Source: Eutreptiella sp. 'Long Island Sound 2002'
Lineage: Eukaryota; Protista; Euglenida
Length of the DNA: 64,000 nt
Assembly (NCBI GenBank): GCA_964036045.1
Contig: OZ038378.1
Span: forward strand, 11,470,001-11,534,000
Reading direction: 5' to 3'
Shown here: one piece after another, positions 45,546 to 60,000 of the stretch
How positions within the stretch are numbered: position 1 is the first letter of the stretch
How the letters are laid out: the number at the start of each line of letters is the position of its first letter
Program-made: the position numbers and the translations under genes
The notes under the pieces: model-generated
Seen by the model: only the letters and a program-made list of their open reading frames with translations
Told to the model about the DNA's origin: nothing
Database searches by the model: none

Positions 45546-46530
45546 GCCTGCGTGCCAAGGCGTATTACGCACAAATGCTAGTGCGAAAAGGTGTAGTGAC
45601 GCTGCGTGATCTGCACCAGTGTGATAATGTGCGACTCCCATCGACGTGGACGGGGGTGTATACGCAGAAAATGTCGTGGCTGCAGCGACAACCGGTGCAC
45701 GAGCGACCACCAGTGTGGGCGCACATGGCGTCTAATGCGTTTTTCCATTTCTTGTGGCTGCCGGGGCCGCCGCCTGAGAGGCAAGCGGCGGAGTTGTGGG
45801 CCCTGTTTGAAGCAGTGCAGCTACCAGGCAGAGCCACGGACTACATTAGGCATGCCCTGTGGAGCAAATTGTCAGTGGGGGCGCGCACTGAGCATGTGTA
45901 TCATCGGCCCAAATGTGTGCTATGCGATGTTTTGGAAACCATACGACATGCAGTGGCTTACTGTAAGTTTATGGGCTTTGTGGCTGATGTGGTGCAGGCA
46001 CCACAAGGGGCGGTCATTCCGCAGCGGCAGTGCAAGTTGCCGAAGTGGATTCGATGGGCATCGCTGCTCCTAGACATGCAGGGAGTAATTGAACAGAAAT
46101 TGGATGAAGGATGGGAAATTTGTTATACGGACGGGTTGAGACTTGAGACAAAGGGGGTGGTCCATGCGGTATGCAGGTTGTGGTATGCCCCCGATGACCC
46201 GTGCAACAAACAGATCCCCATACCACCGGGTGAAAAGCAATCCATTGGACATGGAGAACTGTACGGGGTTTTGACAGCGGTGGAAAATAAGACTCCCGGG
46301 GGTGCAGCTGCATGTCCTGACAAACTCAGAAACAGTGTGTGCAGGGTTAAGGGGAAAATGTGCAAAGTGGGAGCACCATGGGTGGGTGGGATCGAGGGGG
46401 CCTCTGGCGCACAAAGACCTGTTGGTAAAGCTCTGGAGCAGCTGGTAGTTGCTGGGTGAGTCGGTGTCGGTGCAGTGGGTACCGTCACATGCCGGGGTGC
46501 GGGGAAACGAACAGGCGGATAAATGTGCCC
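45545..46530 (+). pseudogene. Decayed non-LTR retrotransposon 3' fragment: zf-RVT-like zinc knuckle plus RNase H
   Basis: LWSKL..R...CVLCDVLETIRHAVAYC, then CYTDG...GELYGVL. After frameshifts: LHVLTNSE..GL.G...KWEHHGW..HKDL and WVPSHAGVRGNEQADKCA (from 46476). Confidence 0.85.
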
Positions 46531-48058
46531 AGCAGGGTGCGTTGGCGGCGTTGCCGCAGGTGCGAGAGGACAGGGCAGCGCGTGATGTGGCAGGAGCTGG
46601 GCATGGAGGAAATGTCAGACTGTGATGAGGACCCAGCGACTGTGTGGGATGAGGTAGATAGTGGGGGTCAGAGGACAGTCGGTCAGAGAGCCCAGAGTGT
46701 GACAGCACAATGCTGGATGGGGATGGGCATTGATGAGCGATGACCTATGGCCTGTGTCACTGGGGCCATATGGTAGCTAAGTATCCGTTGTTTCACAGCC
46801 CCACCTTGGGAGACCATCACTTAGCGGCTATCTCCCCTCCCCCCACACCCTGTCATCTTGTATTCCTGTTCACGGTCACACAGTCACACTGAGACAAAAA
46901 CACAGACCGTCCCTCTTCTATCGGTGCTCCATAGATAGGCCGTTCAGCACCAGCTAACCTTGCATCAGCCACATCAACTTGCTCCGAGTATCATTCCTCG
47001 GATATGCAGTAGCATTACACAGCCGTTGTTTGTGCATTTAGTAGTACGAACAATTCAGCTCTTTTATAATGTTTGTGTCAACCACCATCATATGATTATA
47101 ATGAGAAAGTCTTTTGTGTGCAGGTGATGGACGTCTCATTTCATCAAAGCATATGATGCACCTCCTAATGTGAGATGATGTGATTTTCTACAGGAATGGT
47201 TTTTAGGACAAGAAGCATGAACGACAAGAAAATGCAACAACAGTGATTCATTCACATTGCAGATTTTGAAATGTACAACATGGGGGGGCTGGCTCTTTAC
47301 GTGCTTCTTGCGGGACCAGAGATGCTCATCACATTGTTTGAAGTCTATGGGCGAGCCAATTTTGTTTGGTTGCTCCGTATGCCACTGACCAGTCCCGCTA
47401 GTCCCCTCTCCCGCACCATCCTCAACGACGACAAATGAGTCATCTTGTGTAACGCCGTGGAAACCCTTCAATTGTGGTGGCAATTTTCATGAAAGTACCA
47501 CCAACGCTTGGTTAGGAGGGTTGTTGAACGTGGCCTCAGTTCTCCGTTGGTTCCGAAGCCTCCGAAAAACCTGAATCATGGCACCATAATAACATCATGC
47601 CTGAGGGAAAAGTTAAATGTGGAGAAGTGTCATGGCCTCACCTTTTTCCACTTCAATGCCAAAGTGAATTGTAAGTGCCTGCACAGAGCCACTGCTGTGT
47701 TGGGAAGAAAGGTGCCATGACTGAGGCCACTGATTCAGAACAGCTGGTCTCCTCCTCCCCGCTGCCATACAATCACGGTATTGCCTGATATGTTCTTCAG
47801 CCTCAGGTGTGGACATGGAATTGGCCGCTAGCTACACAGTCCCTGCACTGTATCTCACTGTACTGCCGAGAGGGAACAAAAAGTATGGTTACAAGCTATT
47901 TTAGTGGACCACCGACTCTCATGCCCCATTGCATTCAGACACTCCTGGGCTATGTTCATGCGTCTCACTCTTGTGTGACTCGCGTCCGACTGTTGGGATG
48001 TGAGCAGCTCGCGACGTGGCGCACTCCGTCGTGACATGAGCCCTTGAGCCTCTAAGCA

Positions 48059-51000
48059 ATGCCGCTCCCTGCACAGCTGACGCCGCGGCTGTCGTGGGGG
48101 GATGCCGCCTCGCCAGCGACGATGTCCAGCGGCAGCTCGGGCATGCGGCCCCTGGCCATGGGCCCACTGCTTAAGCGGGTGGAGCACAAGACCGCCCAAG
48201 AGAAATTTGCTGAGAGGTATGCGCTGCAGCACCGGTCCCTGTTCCTGTTCTCTGGTGACAATCCTGTGCGGCTCTATGTGGCCAACCTCGTCAGCACAAC
48301 GGCCTTCAGCGGCGGCATCCTGCTACTGATCCTCGTCAACGCGGCCATTCTGATGCTGCAGTCCAAGACGCTGATCCTGCCCGAGCTCATGCTTTCGGTG
48401 CTGCATTACACTGAGATAGCCATCACCGGCATCTTCGCCGTTGAGGTGGTTATGCGGGCTATGGCCATGGGCCTTATCCTGCACCCAGGGGCCTACCTGC
48501 GCAGGTGTCCAACCGCTCTGAAACCCCTGCCCCAATCTGGCGGTTCCTTGTCTGCAGCCCATCCGTTTTCCCTCCACAGCCTCCACACCGCTCCGCCTTG
48601 GACAGCCCCTTGACAGCTGGTGTCCACTCCCCAACCGCCGCCCCCCTCAGAAAGAGGGGCTGTGGAGGGGAGTGGAGAGTATGTGGGGGGGTGAGTGAGG
48701 GCAGTGAGGGGTGTGTGGAGGTGCAGTAGAGGGGTCTTGGAAGGGGAGTGGAGGGGCCATGGCCAACTGGGTCCGGTCTCTGTGTCCAGAGAGGGCGTTC
48801 TTTTTTTTAGGTAACACAAGTCCACTGTCCAACGCCACATGTTGGCAAAGCGGGTTAGCCCATCATATATGAGTACGCACATCAGTCAGGTGGCAGGTTA
48901 GGTCGTGGATGTATGCGAAGACAAAGGAAGAAAAATGTACAAAGGCGTACTGATGCACGCATGATCGCCCCCTGTCCAGCCCCCGGGGGGACAAGGGTAC
49001 GGGCACACCGCTGACTTCGTGCGGAAAGAGGTACACAACAAGAAAAGGGGAAGCGAAAAGCATCACAGAGCTGAGCGATGGCGCACTGAGGGGTGGCTGC
49101 CCAGAAAGGGCTCAAGCCACGGGAGGGCCAACCTGCCAAGAGAAACAATAGTGAGGGTCGTGCTACCAACTATTCAGGTCAGTGAAGGTGACTCAGGGGA
49201 CAATCTGGCGGCTTCAGGAAGGTCGCTCAGGCTGGTTGCCATGTCCCCGTCAAGGATGATCAGTCCATGGGGGAACAGGAGCTGCGGGGAAGGGCAGGAC
49301 ACACTTGTTTTTGTTGATCGCTCCCAAGTGAGGCGCGGGAGGGGAGGCAGGCCAGTGCAGGGGTGCAAGCAACCGCAAGGGGTTCGGCAAGAGACACTTG
49401 TGCTTGTGGATCGCACCCAAGCGAGGTGCGGGAGGGGCAGCGGGGCCAGTGTAGTAGTGCAGGCAAGCATCAGTGGGCTGGCAGGGCAGAACCTGCGCAT
49501 TCGCGTCAGTCACTAACGTGCCTCTGGGCAGTGCCCGCCACAAGGAGGTGTGAAACAGGAAACAAAGGGGTTGCAGTCAAACGTAGGGGGATGACTTGCA
49601 AACAGGCACCCAGGGATCAGGTGCAGGCCATCCTTTCCTTCTTGCATCCAACCACTGTGCGGGACAAAATATCAGGATTCAGTGAAAGACAAATCGCCAA
49701 TCAACTTGCCTTGAACACGCGCATTTGCACAACAGATGGCTGCACGACTGCCTTGGAGGCACCACGGAAACCCCTCACTGGCCCATGATCGTTGACCGTA
49801 CCGCAACCCCACACCAGTACATCACTTCGGCCTCCAACAGGGACAAACACACCGCTTGCATCCGCCCGGCGGCATTGGCAACAGCCGCAGGGCTCTTCAC
49901 AACAGACCAGTTGCCCTTCATAGCGCCAGCAGCAATCGAGGGTCCTGAATGCATCAGACGCGGGGCGGGGGGCCAACAGTCCTGCAACCCCCCCCCCAAA
50001 TGCTGCGCACCACTGATGTGCAACACTTGGTAATCTGAACTATGGCCCGGAGTTGTGTTTCCCACATCAGTGGCGGTGAGCACTCTCCAAACTTCACTGA
50101 TATGGGAAAGACTAAAAGCAAAGCATTGCTGGCGCAACGTGGGGGGGAGGCCAAGGGTCAGAAACAGCACCGGTGAGCACAGGGACAACTGTCCCACTCT
50201 CACGCACCAACAATAATTTCCCCCAGTGGCTTGGGAAAAAGCAATGATGACAATTTCCTCCAAACTCACATGAGGTGCGTCCAGCTGGAAATACCAACCG
50301 GCTGGAAATTCGACCACAGGAAGGACATATGGATTTCTGGATCGCGCCCAAGCGAGGGGTGGGCGCAGGGCTATGGGAAGGTGGGGGCACACTTGCACTT
50401 TTGGATGGCGCCCAAGCGAAGCGCAGGGGGAGGAGGCTGGGCCAGCAGAGGGGTGGTGACAAAAGCAAGCACAGACGTTGGTTGACGGGTGACCAGGCAG
50501 GGCCTATAGTGGGGCCGAACCTCAGCACCATGGGGTGGCAGGGCCCAGAGGGCCGAACCAAAGGGAACACAACGTGGCGTAGGCAATCATTGTACTCTAC
50601 ACTGGAGGATGGCCAGCAGGTAGGCACGCAGAGACCAGGTGAAAGCCTTCCTTTCCCTCTACTTTCTTGCATCCGACCATTTGAAGGACAGGGTAACAGC
50701 ATCCTGCTGGAATTCACCCACCCAAGATGGTGAAGAGATATCAGAGCGAAAATGGTTACAGGAGAATCCGAATGGAACAATGGCCCTGCACAGGTGCTGT
50801 CGAAGCCGGTGGTACATCACCCATCCATCACCCTCCCTCCGTTCCTCCGTCCGTCCGTCTCTCCCTCCCTCTGCTGCATACCCGTGACAATGAGTACCAG
50901 TTATGGTCAGTACTTGGGGGGGAGGAAAAAAAAAGGTTTTGGGGGGGGGGGGGGGGCTCAAAGGAGCCTACTGGTTGAGCTTGGGCATTTCAGTAAATTG

Positions 51001-54000
51001 GTCATGGCCCAAAATTTGAGGGCTTCCGGTCCAGGGACTCGATTAACGGGACCAAGGACGAGCCGTTGTGAAATGGTTGCGGGGTAAAACATGGGATCAA
51101 AAAACACCCTTTTTTCATCGCACAGAAGGTTACTTTTCTGAATCCCCCCGCAGCCCCTCTTCGGTGTCCGCACTGCCCCTACACCGCGCTTCACGGTCCG
51201 TCGACTGTACCTGTCCAGCACTTCCACCACCCCTCCGCACCCCCCCCCCCCCTGCCTCTCTGACGTCCCCTTCGGGGCCCCTTGCCAGCCCCTCGTACCT
51301 GGGCTGCAGCTACTGGAACCTCTTCGACTTCTGCATCGTGCTCGCCGGGGTCCTGGACATCTTCTTCTCCTCGTCCCCCATCGTCCTCCGCACGCTCCGC
51401 ATCCTGCGGCCCCTGCGCTCCATCACCGCCCTCCCCGACCTCAAGGCCCTGGTTTGCGCCGTCACCGCCTCCGCCACCGATCTCCTCTGCATCTGCGCTT
51501 TCGTGGGCTTCGTCACGATCACCTTCGCGACCATCGGTGTGTCCTTTTGGAAGGGGCAATTCCGCCTACGCTGCCTTGACGAGGCGACTGGGGGGCTGGC
51601 GGGCGGCGTGGAGGAGTTCTGCAGTCTGTCCCCGGGGCCGCTGACCCACAGCTGCTCCCGGGGCGCGTGTGGGCCCTGGCACAGCAACCCCAACTACAAC
51701 TTCACGTCCTTCGACAACCTTGGGGCTGCGGCGCTGGTCATTGTGCAGGTGTGTGTGAGTGCCAGCCCCCACCCGGTGCCCGTCCCCAGTGCACGTCCGC
51801 CTGCAAACGAAATGCAGCAAACCATCACAAAGGCACACACTGAAGGGCGGGTCCAGACCATTGCAGAGTGACGACAAACCTCCCCCTCAGGGGGTGGGTG
51901 GTAATGAGGTCCATGAGCCCTTGCAATGAATCCGGGGGTGATCCTTCGGGGGGGGCATACCACTTTGACTTGGTCGAGCGCTTCAATTCGGGAAGTCCAC
52001 ATTCACTTGTTTTCATCCTCCGGAAAGTCCAATGGTGCCGGTGGTCTCTTGGGCGAAGGCTTCCACAAACTGAGCAGTGCGGGACAAGGGCAATGGGGTA
52101 CGGAAGGCTGGGCAATGGGGCATGGGGGGCTGATTTGCACACGGGCAAACCTGGTCACTCAACTGTGGATATCCCCCTTCGGCCTTCCTTCCGAAGTGTT
52201 GTCCCTTCGCGCCTGCAAACTACAGAACTCCCGCCCTCGGCCGCTAATCATCGGCCCCTCGCCCCACCCACATCAGATCGCATTCCTCACGGGGGAAATG
52301 GAAGTTACGAAAGGGGCTGGAACTTCACGGCCAACTGTTTGCACGCACACGTTTTCCGTTTCACCGCGCACTATTGCACCTTTGCACGGCGGACAGGGGC
52401 TCCAAACGACGCAATTGCCTTGTTCCTGCAGCCTGTCCCCCGGGCCTCCGACCGACAGCTGCCTGCAATAACCCGGGCTGTAGGACAGAGCTGGCCCCCA
52501 GAAGTTTTGCAGGGCGCGGGGGGGGGGGGCGGCGTGTGGACAGCAAAAACAGTCAAACGACCCCGGCAACAACCAGCACATCCTCAATACGCCAATTATT
52601 GGGCGCCGCTGACGCGCAAACGGCGCACCATGCCACATTCAGCACAGCCCCAACACACCAACTACTGGGCTCCGCGAACGCGGAAACGACACCAGCAAGA
52701 GCACCGGCCGCAGCGGCTGACAGAAAGCAGCAACCCGACGCAACATGCGAAGGGAAGAACGGGTGACTGTCCAGGGCCCTGTAAAGGAGCAACAACCAGA
52801 CGGGATGTCACACAGGGGGGGGAGGTCAGAGCATGTATGTCGCCTGTTGCGGCAAAGTGCGTGCTCAAAACCGCAGCTGTGTGACATGATCCTGTTGCTC
52901 GTGACCCCTAGACCCCCCATGTCACGCCGCGCGGGTTGGGTCTGGAATCTCACCGCAGCCCGCCCCCCCTCCCCCGATGCCGGCGGTTGCAATCCAGTAG
53001 CTCTCGGTAAGTGCCCGTGTTAAACGGGGTTAGTCCAGCAAAGGCTCCACCTACACCTTCGCTTCGCTCACCTTGATTAGGTCTCCCCCCCCCTGCACCG
53101 CCAGACCCCTGCTTGGGCGAGTGCAATGCCACCACCTCTCGCCAAAAGCCGTCAACTGCCTTCGATTCACCGAGTCGGTTGGGTGACCGCCTGCCCAGAC
53201 ACTGAAATGTTCTATTTGTCATGTTGGGAAACCCCCATTTATGACGGGGAGGGGGTGAGATCGTGTGGAACACATGAACCAGGGCTGTCCTTCAGGAATG
53301 AAATCAACTGTTTTTTTTGCCCGTTCCGCTAAGGGCGGCCTGAGGTCCGGATGCCAAGATTGTGCTTCATCGACGGTCATTGGCCAACCGACTTCGATGG
53401 GTAACCGACAGCCTTTGCTGGCCGGCCGGTGCGCTTGTGAGGCCCAGGCGTACCGGAGCCCAGCAAGTGTTGCTTGTGCGGCCGTCAGGGCGGCCCTGAC
53501 CCGAACGCCTTCCCCCCCCTCCCCCCGTCCTCCACAGGTCCTCTGCCTGGACGGCTGGCCCATGCCCATGTACATCACGATGGACACCTCCGGCGTGTTC
53601 TCGTGCCTGTTCTTCATCGTCCTCGTGCTCGTCAGCAACGCCGTCATCAACAACTTCGTGCTCGCCGTGATCGTCCACCAGTACAACCGGCGCTGCTGCG
53701 AGGCCCTGGCCGAGAAGCGCCAGGCGGGCGCCACCGTCGGGATGTGCGCGGCGGAGGCCGCGGCCGGGGGCCTGATGAAGGACGAGCTCAGCCACACGGA
53801 CAGCGACTTGACCACGACCGCCGGCGACACAAGCCCGCGATTCGACTTGGAACAGCAGCCCAAAGCCTTCGGCCCCGACATGGGCGTCAGGTCCGCTTGT
53901 CGATCGCCCCCTTCTCAACGGGGGGGACTAGGGGGTGCGTGTCCCACTGCGCCCCCGCCAACCCCCTGAGGGACCTTCGAAGTCTTTGCCTGTCCCCATG

Positions 54001-57000
54001 CCGCCGTCCGCTCAAGCTCCACCGCATTCGGGCCCACAGGCCTCAACGGGGCACCGTCCTGTATGGCCTGCCCAGGGCAGGGGACGGCCCATTCCTGAAA
54101 GGCCGCCCTGCCAAGACCCGTAGGAAATGGGCCAACAGGCTCTTGGCCCCTGGACGGCTCGAGGGCGCGGGTCGCCGTCTGTCATACCACCTCGCGGGTG
54201 TTCGGTGCACCGCCAACATCACATGATCGCCTTTGTCGCAGTGGGTCTACCCCCTCTCCCCCCCTTTCCCCGGTGGATGCAGGCGCTAAAGCTGAGACCC
54301 CGAAGCCAGCCGCCAACCTCTAGCCCCATTCAGGGAGGGGAGGGAGCAGCACAATGGTGAAGACCTGGCGAAAACCCCAGACACAACTGATGAGAAGGTG
54401 AAGGCTGTGTGAAGGCAGGCGTGGCTGGGGCTAAGTGGCAGGTCCACACCTGACCTTTTGAGTCCCGGCTGTTGGGATTGGCCACGCGGAGGATTCCCTC
54501 CTCAAAAGGGGAACAAGTACGTACCTCCGGAAGTACCAACCGGCATACCCCCTCAGCCTTGATGGCACACACCCTTTTTCCCAACTACCTCAACCAGCAA
54601 AAGCAGGTCCACACACACAACATGGCTCCGGTTGTACTACACGGTACCCAATGGGATCGTTGAAGCTTGGCATACAACCAACACATCCTCAATACGCCAA
54701 TTGTTGGGCGCCGCTGACGCGCAAACGGCGCACCATGCCACATTCAGCACAGCCCCAACACACCAACTGCTGGGCTCCGCAAACGCGGAAACGACACCAG
54801 CAGGAGCACCGGCCGCAGCGGCCGACAGAAAGAAGCAACGAAGCAAGAAGCAAGCAAGAATGTCACACAGGGGGGTCAGGGGGCAGAATGAGGCGAGAGA
54901 TACCCCTGATGCAGTAAAATTTTCCGTCACCACCAAAAGGATAGGGGTGGGAGTGTTGCATGTGGACGGGGTGGGGGGGGTGGATGGTCCATACAGGCTG
55001 GTGGTGTGGAAGGGGTGTACAAACGCTAGCTGGGTCTCTGTGGCCCCGCAGTCAGTCGACGATCCGGCTGGTGCTAATGCACACTCTGCAGGTGCCTTGC
55101 TTTTCCATGCGGCCACGCTGTATTGCCCTGCAGCTGTCTTGCACTGCCTCTGTGCGACGCTGTGATGCCCTGCAACAGCTTCTGCTACTGTGTGCAGCAC
55201 CTGTGTGTAGCACCTATATCCTGCCACTATGCAGCATTGCGCTGCCTTGCACCAGCTTTCCTCTGCTACTGCACACTGCGACACCTAATTCCCCCATTGT
55301 GCTGCCTCACTGCAGCCTTCTCCTGCCACTGTGCAGCATTGTGCTGCACTGCAGCGGTGTCCTGTGCTGCAGCAGCTTGCTGTTCCAATCTGCAGCTTGC
55401 GCATTGGGTTTGTTCTGCCACTGTGCAGCGTCATGCAGCCCTGCAGTGCCTTGCGACAGCTTGGCTCAGCATCCTGTGCAGCGTAGTGCTGCCTTGCCGC
55501 AGCTTTATTGTACGGCCCTGCAGCAGCCCTACTGCCGGCACCTAAGTCTCCCGCACACCCCAATTGTGCAGCACAGGCCCAGGGTTAGAGGGCTTTCGTG
55601 CGGGCCCGTCGACAGAGGGCATACAATTCAGCCCAGCATCAAAGGGCACAGCACGGTGCTCATGCAACACGACTAGCCAAAGGAGTGCATGGGGCGCACG
55701 GGCGGGGGCGGCGCAATTGATGGGAATAGGTGCGGAGAACCTGGTGGTTGTTGAAACCCGAAGGGTGTTTGCTGCTGAGACGGTGTGGTCTCCGAAGGGA
55801 AGTCTTCGTAGGTCCCGCGAAAATCCCCTAATCAATGTGTGCGAGGCAGAACACCGACGGTCTGCCTTGGGAAGCTCACGTGCTGCCCCCAGGTCAAGTG
55901 AACAGCTGCATGCTGTGTCCCCGATCCTCCTCCTCTTCCTCCTCCTGTGGTTGGGTATTTGTTGTCATTTTTTTCTTGAACGTACAACGCGTTGTGGTGG
56001 ACGGGTCCATTGAGCCGTCCGGTTGTGTGCATTGGGACTCGCAGGCTGCTGACAGTGAGAGCTGGCCTGGGACGGTGGTTTTCATCGTGGAACATGCCAT
56101 GGCTTGCCCCACGGATTCCAAGGAATGTGGCACAACACGTCTCATGGGGGTTGTTGTTGTTGTCGTCGTTGGCGGCGGCGTCGTCGCGGTCGTGGTCGTG
56201 GTCGTGATCGTCGTTGTCGTTTCCGAAGTTTGCATTGTTTCCGATTAAATTCGACGCCATTGGCCACCATTTGCATTTGCCCCCTACATTTCCATCCATG
56301 GTATTCCCTCCTCCGTTCACTCGATCCTGCACAGATCGGCATCCAAAGTCAAGCAACAGTTGGAGCGGTTCCTCCCGCAACAGCCGAACCGCACGGAGGA
56401 GGTGGACTCCTCCGTGGAGTTCCAGTCACTGATGAAGCGCAACAGCGGGGACTCGTCCACGCCGTCCACGTGCACCCCCCCTCCGAACTCGAGACCCATT
56501 GACCCCGAGGCCGAGGGCACCACGTCCGATGACCGTGCGGCACCTAGCGCCTGCCCGCCGCCCGCACCCGCCACCCCCAATGCCGCGTCCGTCACCGGGA
56601 CTGCCGTGGAGGCATCGGACTCCCCCGACCCCGACGCGCAGGACGAGGACCGGCCCTCGGCCCCGGCCCCGGCGTCGGAGCCGCCACCGGGACCGGGCCC
56701 GGGACCGGGGGCCGGTGCTCCGCCCGCAGATGCGCCGGAGGACATAGGGCTGCGGGACAGCCCGAAGGTGGACAGCCCCACCGGGGGCTTCCCCGTGGCC
56801 CTGCCCTCCATGGTCCCTCCCCCAAGCCCCCCGGGCCTGCGAAGTCGCGACGGTCTGCCGGCGTCTCGCTTTGCCGGCCAGTCCCGGCCGCCGACGGAAC
56901 CGGCGCCCCCGTTCCCTCTGGAGCACCTGCCCCTCGGGCGCCGGATGACGATGCCCGAGACGCGGCAGGCGTGGCAGGCGCTGGCAGACACGGGCGTCGC

Positions 57001-60000
57001 CCGGCGGCGCCGGTCGGCCGCGGAGTCCTTCGGGACGGTCGCCGAAACGTCCCACAACAGCAACGACACCTCCAACGGCTCCAATGGGGGGTCCGGGCTG
57101 CCGATGCAGAGCGCCGCCGGGGGGGACGGCGCGGGCCACGCGGGGCTGACGGTGGTGGACCTCGGCCCCCCGGTGACGGGGGTGGGGGAGCCGCCCGGGG
57201 GAGAGGGGCCGCTGTGCGAGCCCAACGATGCGGCCAGCAGCCCCCACGTCCCCGAGCTGGCGCTGCCCTCCGGGCGTCGGTGCGGCGCCCTGGGGAGGGT
57301 GTACGTGTGGCTGGCGGCCCAGGCCGAGCGCGTGGTGTTCCACGTGGCCTTCCTCTACTTCATCATGCTGTGCATCGTGTGCAACACCGTCGTCTTGGCC
57401 ATGGCCCACCACAACATGCCGCACCGCATGGTACGCCCGTGCACCGCATGCGTACTCCCCGTGCCGCAGGGAGGCGGGGGACAGGCTGCCGAGGGGGAGT
57501 TTCAAGGGGTTGCCAAAGCGGTGACGGGGGGTTGGAAAGGCGGTTTTGGGGGCCGAGGGGTTGGGGCGGAATAAACGATCGCCCCGGTGAAAGCTGGACG
57601 CTGCCGGGTGTGACGAGGATCCCCCGGTATATGGAGTGACAAGCCGGTGAGGCAACGCCCCTGGCGGCCCTACCAACCAATGGAATGCGCCCCCCAAGAA
57701 GGGGTAAGGCTCGGGCATCTTGGCCCCTGCCTTAGCGATGCCAGTGGCGCAACCTGGGGGCTGAGCATGAGAACTCAAAGCCTCACGACAAGAACGACTC
57801 AGAAGTCAAGGTCGGAAGGCCACCGAGATATGGGTGGATTCTGAGCACATGAATTAAGAGATAAACTTCATGCAGGCAGGGGGGGGAGGGGGGACCCTCA
57901 AGTCCACCTTCCCCATCAAGTTTCAGATCTGCGGTACTAGGCATCCCAGAGTAAAGGGCACAAAGATGAATGAGCCGGTTCACTCGGCGGTACATTTCTG
58001 TGGCACAAGGTTTTTTGCATCTTGCACCCTCCAGGGTGCCATCACTACAGGGAGGGGAACCCCGACTCCCACACCCAGAACCCAGCATGACTGTCGGACA
58101 CCCAGGGACAACAGCCCAGCAGCCCAGCAGGGACAACAACCCTTTCCCTGCGGCGCTTGCGGCGCGCCTGCGGCGCGCAGGAAGCGTTCCCACTTGCTAG
58201 GGCCCGATGCCTCTGCGCTGCTCATGCCCCAGGAGGAGGCCCTCGACATCGCGAACGTGGTCCTCACGTCGGTGTTCACGGTGGAGCTGCTGCTGAAGCT
58301 GTGCGCCCTCGGCAGCCAGTTCCACCACGACCCCTTCAACATCCTCGACGCCTTCATCGTCGCCACGTCGCTGCTCGAGTTCCTGTTCACGGGGCGTGGG
58401 GCGCTGACGGTGTTCCGCTCGCTGCGGCTGCTGCGGGTCCTCAAGATGATCAACAGCTTTTCCACGCTCAGGTCATGCCCGATGCATTGGAAGCAGAGGG
58501 ATCCCGGCTCGGAGGGTCTCGGAGACGGTTTCAGGCGGTTGCCAAAACGGTGGGGACAGTTACAAATGCCGTTTGGAAGGGGGCGGTCAGGCCGAGACCT
58601 GCTGCGCCGCCCGCGGCCAATCCTGAAATCAAAGATTTATCCCACTCCCCCACCCCCAGTCTCTTCCTGTACCCAAGCCTTCGACCACCACAACACAACT
58701 CATGCAAACCCCATTCAATTTTAAAGACTGCAGCACCAGCGGTCATCACACATTTGCTTCACGTGGTGGCCCCCGAGGGGGGAGGGTGAGAAGTTGACCT
58801 GCCCCACCCCCAATGCAGTGCTGGTCCTGCAGTGGGTGTAGAGCCCGGCTACCGAAAGGCTGGGGCGGTGTGGCATGTTAAGCACAAAGCAACTCATTGC
58901 TCTTCAAAGGCTCATCGTGGAGGTCATTCTGAAGGCCACGTTGAAGACTGGCTACCTCAGTCTGTTGCTGCTGTTGCTCCTCTTCATCTGGGCCCTACTC
59001 GGCATGAGCTTCTTCGAGGGCATCTTCGGGGAGGGGGACGGGCGCAAGCCAACACTCAGCCGCTCCTCATTCGACGGTTTCTACTGGAGCTTCATCACGG
59101 TGTTCACGATCCTAACGCGGGACGACTGGCAGATCGTGATGTGGGACACCATGCACTACAGCCATCCTGCCGCCTGCACCTACTTCATCACCCTCGTCAT
59201 CCTCGGGGACTGGGTGCTCGTCAGCCTTTTCCTGGCGGTGGTCATCCAAGGCTTCAATGAGCAGTACCGCCAGCCCACCAAACGCGCTTCCAGTTCCTCT
59301 TCCCGCTTCCACTCACTCTTCAGGTGTGTGTCATGCGGCTTAATCACAGCCTGGTATCGTGATAGGATGTGTCTGCACGAGTGTTATGGGAGGTGAAGAT
59401 TTTCGCCGTGCAGGGGATGTGGTTCGTTGATAGCCAAGAGGGGAACTCTCCATGGTGACGAGTGCAACCTCCCCTCAGCATCCTCGACCTCATCCGGTCG
59501 CTTGGCCACCTTCTTCTGCCTGGTCACCACCATTGTCATGCGTGGCAGAGCTTCTCACAGATTCCCTCCTCCTCCTCCTCCTCCTCCTCCTTCGGGGCCT
59601 TCCGTTCCTTCTTCACTGGGCTTGCATGTCCCCCAACGCGTTCTGAGCCCTCTCAGCCATGAATAGCGAGGGGTGGCCCCCATTCCCTGAGAGGTGGAGG
59701 GGGGTGCGCACCTAGTACTGTTGCACCGTGCCAATGAGGAACACCAATCCACAACGATAGAAGGTGCAAGAGCACCACTATTTGCATGGATTCTGTCTAC
59801 ACGACCGCATGTTGTTGTTGCTGCGTTCAGTGGGATACTCCGGCGGTTGCTGTTGTTGCGGTTCCGATTTAGCAGGGGTTAAGTAACCACGGTGCTCCTC
59901 TCCGCTTTGGAGACCCCCATATGCTAAGGGTTCTGTGCCCACGTCACTCCTCTCCGCCTGGGAGACCCCCATACGGCAGGGTGCCGCCAGGTGCCACAAG

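Noticed and set aside
43682-45574. Long ORFs over the satellite, and over other repeats (9414-10272, 15281-15930, 42138-43034)
   Set aside because: These are translations of tandem repeats in several frames and strands, with no protein features.
47717-47777. Upstream first exon of the channel (MTEATDSEQL...)
   Set aside because: Its donor is phase 1 but the candidate acceptor at 48076 needs phase 0; unsupported without transcripts.
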